Positions 61,544-64,000 of a stretch of DNA of 64,000 nucleotides are shown in pieces. This stretch comes from a virus. A program made the position numbers and the translations under genes. The notes beneath the pieces were generated by a model that had not been told where the DNA came from, did no database searches, and worked only from the letters and a program-made list of their open reading frames with translations. Within the stretch, counting starts at the first letter, position 1. Every line of letters begins with the position of its first letter. The stretch lies in the IMG/VR virus record IMGVR_UViG_3300045988_076131, positions 10,380-74,379 of that record; one strand, given 5' to 3'.

Positions 61544-62095
61544 ATGAAGAAGATTTTATCAGTGCTGGCTATCATGTTGGCGGTAGTGGCGCTTGTATCG
61601 TGTAATGTAAAGCCAAAACAACCACCTAAACCAGCTGAAAAGCCATTTGTAACACAAACCAAAAAGAATATGTACAAATGGATTGATAAGAACGCAATTA
61701 ACCCAGAAGACTTTAAGGTATCAAACCTTAAAGTAGTTTGGGCTACGGATAGCCTTTGCGTAATAAATTTCAGAGCTATTGGAGAGAATGGTTTTGGAGG
61801 TCATGTTAGAAAAGAATACCAATACTTTAATATTAAAGTTGATGGTGTACTTTGGGAGTTCGTTGATGATGACAGATACGAGAACGGAGTGTTGAATAGT
61901 GCAAAAGATGGTTTGAAATACGATATGATGTTTTATAAGAAAGACAAGACATATCTTCGTTTGTTAAAGAATAAAACCAAAGCAGGAAAAATATTCTTAA
62001 ACGCTTACGCTGATATATACAATGATGCAACAGGTGTACTTAAATCAGGTAATATAATAGATGACAATATTGAAGTTGCAGACACCGTAAGATAA
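61544..62095 (+). CDS. lipoprotein, paralog of 40002..40598
   Basis: Signal peptide with lipobox VALVSC, and a shared core with the 40-kb lipoprotein. Confidence 0.7.
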   Translation: MKKILSVLAIMLAVVALVSCNVKPKQPPKPAEKPFVTQTKKNMYKWIDKNAINPEDFKVSNLKVVWATDSLCVINFRAIGENGFGGHVRKEYQYFNIKVDGVLWEFVDDDRYENGVLNSAKDGLKYDMMFYKKDKTYLRLLKNKTKAGKIFLNAYADIYNDATGVLKSGNIIDDNIEVADTVR

Positions 62096-62223
62096 ACACC
62101 CATTTCACCCATTTACCCCACAAAGGTAGGTGGGTTTATTGTATAATGTTACTTCTTAAGCACGCAGATAGGAATATTTTTCGTATCTTTCCTCTGTGAA
62201 GTCCGAAGCCCATGAGTCTTTTA

Positions 62224-62453
62224 ATGCGGTCGCATAACACGCATTTTATATTGCCTGAATAAGCATGAAATCCTGTCTGTACAGCAATGTGCAGGCGGGA
62301 TTTTTTATGCTCCTAAAACCACCGAAAATATGCCAAATTATGCGATCGCATAAGTCGCATAAAACATGGTATTTTATATATAATTTTCATCATTGTAAAC
62401 GCTTGATTATCAATGTGTTCAACCAACTTTATGCGACCGCATGCAATCGCATC
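62224..62453. promoter_or_regulatory. three copies of the 12-bp palindrome ATGCGnnCGCAT plus half-sites (candidate arm-type or repressor sites near att)
   Basis: ATGCGGTCGCAT at 62224-62235, ATGCGATCGCAT at 62340-62351, ATGCGACCGCAT at 62431-62442. Half-sites at 62354-62360 and 62446-62452. Confidence 0.5.
62270..62306 (+). terminator. Rho-independent terminator of the plus-strand accessory operon
   Basis: 13-bp stem atcctgtctgtac / gtgcaggcgggat (three G-U pairs, valid only for the plus-strand RNA), followed by T6. Confidence 0.6.
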
Positions 62454-62592
62454 TATTATATATTATATATATATGATATATTCATACTAACGTATTCATA
62501 TATCCTATACACATAATATATATTTTTTTTCTCTTCAAGGAGAGAGCGATTTTTGGGTGTTGGAATTGGGTGTTGGAATGGTTGTTAAGAGG

Positions 62593-63786
62593 CTACGCCT
62601 TGTCGCCGTTCACGTAGTCGATAATCTTGCGCGCTGCATCATCAATTCGTTTCGTGCCGTAGGCGATGTAGTGGTCGGTCACGTCTGCCCAGGAGTGCCC
62701 GAGGCAAAGGGCAATAGTCTCACGAGGTATCTCAAGTTCTGCACCAATAGAAGCGAATGTGTAACGAGCGGTGTACACCGTCATGCTTTCCGCTATCGGA
62801 TGCCAGACGACCTTGCGCAGCCTGCCCACCTTGTCCGGCACAATCTCCTTGCGCCCGATTTTCTTGAGAGCGTCGTTCCAGTGATGGCAGAAGTCGCGGT
62901 AGTTTGTATAAACGTCAAGAGGGCACAGAAGCCAACCCTTGCCCTTGTAGCGTCTGATTATTTCCATCGCCTCGGGAGGTATTGGAATGTCGTACAAGTG
63001 TCCTGTCTTCGCTCTCTTATACCTGATACGTCCGTTGTGTACGTTGGACGGCTTGAGCGTAAGCAGGTCTATTGGGTTGATGCCGCAAAGGTAGAACGTC
63101 AGCAAGAACAAGTCGCGGTATATGCGTTGCCATTCCTCGACCTCGCAATCCCTTATCTTCCTCAGCTGCTCAACGCTGATGTTGTTGATAGCAACCTTCT
63201 CCTGCTTTATCTTATACCGCCTGAATGGGTAGTTTGTGGTCAGCTCGTTGTCGAGCGCCCAGTTGAACACCGTGCGTATGTTGCGCAGCATGATAGCCTT
63301 GTAGTTCACGCTCGCTTCGCCCATATATCGCTCGAAGCCGTCAAGCCATGCTTTGTCTACACTGCCGAATACCGCTCTGCCGTCATACTCGCGCACCTTC
63401 CGTGCCGACATTCGGTAGAGGTCTGCCGTTCCTTTGCGACTCTTTGTGTCGGCGAACCTTTCGATGTAGTCCGCAAGACACGTCGCTTTCTCCTCATGCG
63501 CCTCGCCCGATACCAAGGTTGTCAGCTCTCTCTTCATCTTTGCGAGGTCGGTGCCGGCATTGTTCAGCAGATACGCCTCCACATCGTCGATGATGCTCGT
63601 CAATCTTCTGAGCTTCGCCCTGTAGTTCGTTTCTTTAGGCGACATAGAAAGACCCGAGAACGCAGTCAACACGTAGATACCTGTTGACACAACGAACTCC
63701 TTACCGTCATTGCGGAACAAAATCTTCACTGCAATTCGTCCGTCCTTACCCCTCTTGCTCTCTTTAGCTGCGATATAATACTTCAT
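62593..63786 (-). CDS. int: tyrosine recombinase / phage integrase
   Basis: 397 aa. C-terminal catalytic region reads ...TARYTFASIG...LGHSWADVTDHYIAY, with an N-terminal SAM-like arm-binding region. Confidence 0.9.
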   Translation of the reverse strand: MKYYIAAKESKRGKDGRIAVKILFRNDGKEFVVSTGIYVLTAFSGLSMSPKETNYRAKLRRLTSIIDDVEAYLLNNAGTDLAKMKRELTTLVSGEAHEEKATCLADYIERFADTKSRKGTADLYRMSARKVREYDGRAVFGSVDKAWLDGFERYMGEASVNYKAIMLRNIRTVFNWALDNELTTNYPFRRYKIKQEKVAINNISVEQLRKIRDCEVEEWQRIYRDLFLLTFYLCGINPIDLLTLKPSNVHNGRIRYKRAKTGHLYDIPIPPEAMEIIRRYKGKGWLLCPLDVYTNYRDFCHHWNDALKKIGRKEIVPDKVGRLRKVVWHPIAESMTVYTARYTFASIGAELEIPRETIALCLGHSWADVTDHYIAYGTKRIDDAARKIIDYVNGDKA

Positions 63787-63817
63787 AGTTTTTTGGTGTT
63801 TTTTGTTTCGGTTTTTG

Positions 63818-63825
63818 CAAATATA
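63818..63825 (-). promoter_or_regulatory. -7 box (TATATTTG on the minus strand) upstream of int
   Basis: Plus-strand CAAATATA, 32 nt upstream of the int ATG. Confidence 0.4.
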
Positions 63826-63950
63826 CCCATAAAACCCGAGAAAAGCAACAAGATTTTCGGTTGAAATGGGCCTGTTTGTGGGACTCTACAATTCCCAAGT
63901 CCGTAAAACACTAATCTCCAACGACTTGCGGTGTTGCAAGAAAGTTTCCC

Positions 63951-63987
63951 AAGCCAGAGGTCACGGGTTCGAACCCCGCTTGCCGCT
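63951..63987 (+). other. tRNA 3'-end-like fragment (variable loop, T-arm, acceptor 3' strand); probable att core
   Basis: aggtc, then acggg-ttcgaac-cccgc, then ttgccgc-t. No matching 5' half upstream. Confidence 0.45.
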
Positions 63988-64000
63988 CTTGATTATAAAG

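Larger units (their letters stand above)
1..63950. mobile_element. Prophage (siphovirus-like, temperate); left end lies outside the window, right end is near the integrase and tRNA-like att sequence
   Basis: Contiguous phage modules (TerL, portal, capsid, tape measure, tail fibre, lysis, integrase). The right end has a tRNA 3'-end-like sequence at 63951-63987. Confidence 0.8.

Noticed and set aside
62557-63687. 376-codon plus-strand ORF
   Set aside because: It lies entirely antisense to the integrase gene, which has clear tyrosine-recombinase motifs. Its Arg/Val/Leu-rich product looks like a mirror-frame artefact.
63915-63987. Complete tRNA gene next to the integrase
   Set aside because: Only the variable loop, T-arm and 3' acceptor strand are recognisable. 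The best 5' acceptor match (gcggtgt at ~63928) would give a molecule of only ~60 nt with no D-arm or anticodon arm.

Overview
The window is about 64 kb of a temperate, siphovirus-like prophage. The host is probably a Bacteroidales-type bacterium: several promoters fit the Bacteroidetes pattern (C/T)TTG-N20-TAnnTTTG, lipoprotein signals with lipoboxes are present, and a Bacteroides-phage-type tyrosine integrase sits beside a tRNA 3'-end-like att sequence at the right edge.

Layout:
- 1-9.1 kb: plus-strand early genes (YopX, ASCH-like, DUF551-like, an RlmN/Cfr-like radical SAM enzyme, DUF4406-like).
- 9.2-13.7 kb: a self-contained minus-strand cassette with its own terminators, operator-like inverted repeats and an HTH gene, bracketed by two paralogous membrane proteins.
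- 13.9-28.2 kb: minus-strand lysis genes, tail fibre (coiled coil plus BspA/DUF285-type LRR tip), a 1637-aa tail protein, portal and TerL.
- 28.3-39.9 kb: plus-strand scaffold through to a 1919-aa tape measure.
- 40.0-42.1 kb: a lipoprotein moron, followed by an apparent gap.
- 42.1-52.7 kb: minus-strand DNA-metabolism genes, including three DNA methyltransferases.
- 52.7-54.3 kb: a non-coding block (G-quadruplex-type repeats, 9-bp iterons, an 80-bp AT block, convergent promoters and an antisense sRNA candidate).
- 54.3-62.1 kb: a plus-strand accessory operon (AAA_5 ATPase with a poly-Asn tract, ArdA-like antirestriction protein, small serine recombinase, second lipoprotein paralog).
- 62.6-63.8 kb: the integrase.

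The most unusual feature is the 40.6-42.0 kb gap. Read on the minus strand, it is a tandem array of ten start/stop-coupled mini-ORFs of one paralogous family. Most of them carry poly-G tracts whose length decides whether the conserved C-terminus is in frame.

Caveat: at least four otherwise conserved genes are broken by single-base frameshifts, each repaired by adding one base. Homopolymer under-calling in the assembly, or prophage decay, must be excluded before reading biology into tract lengths. All functional calls rest on motif recognition by eye; no database search was run.
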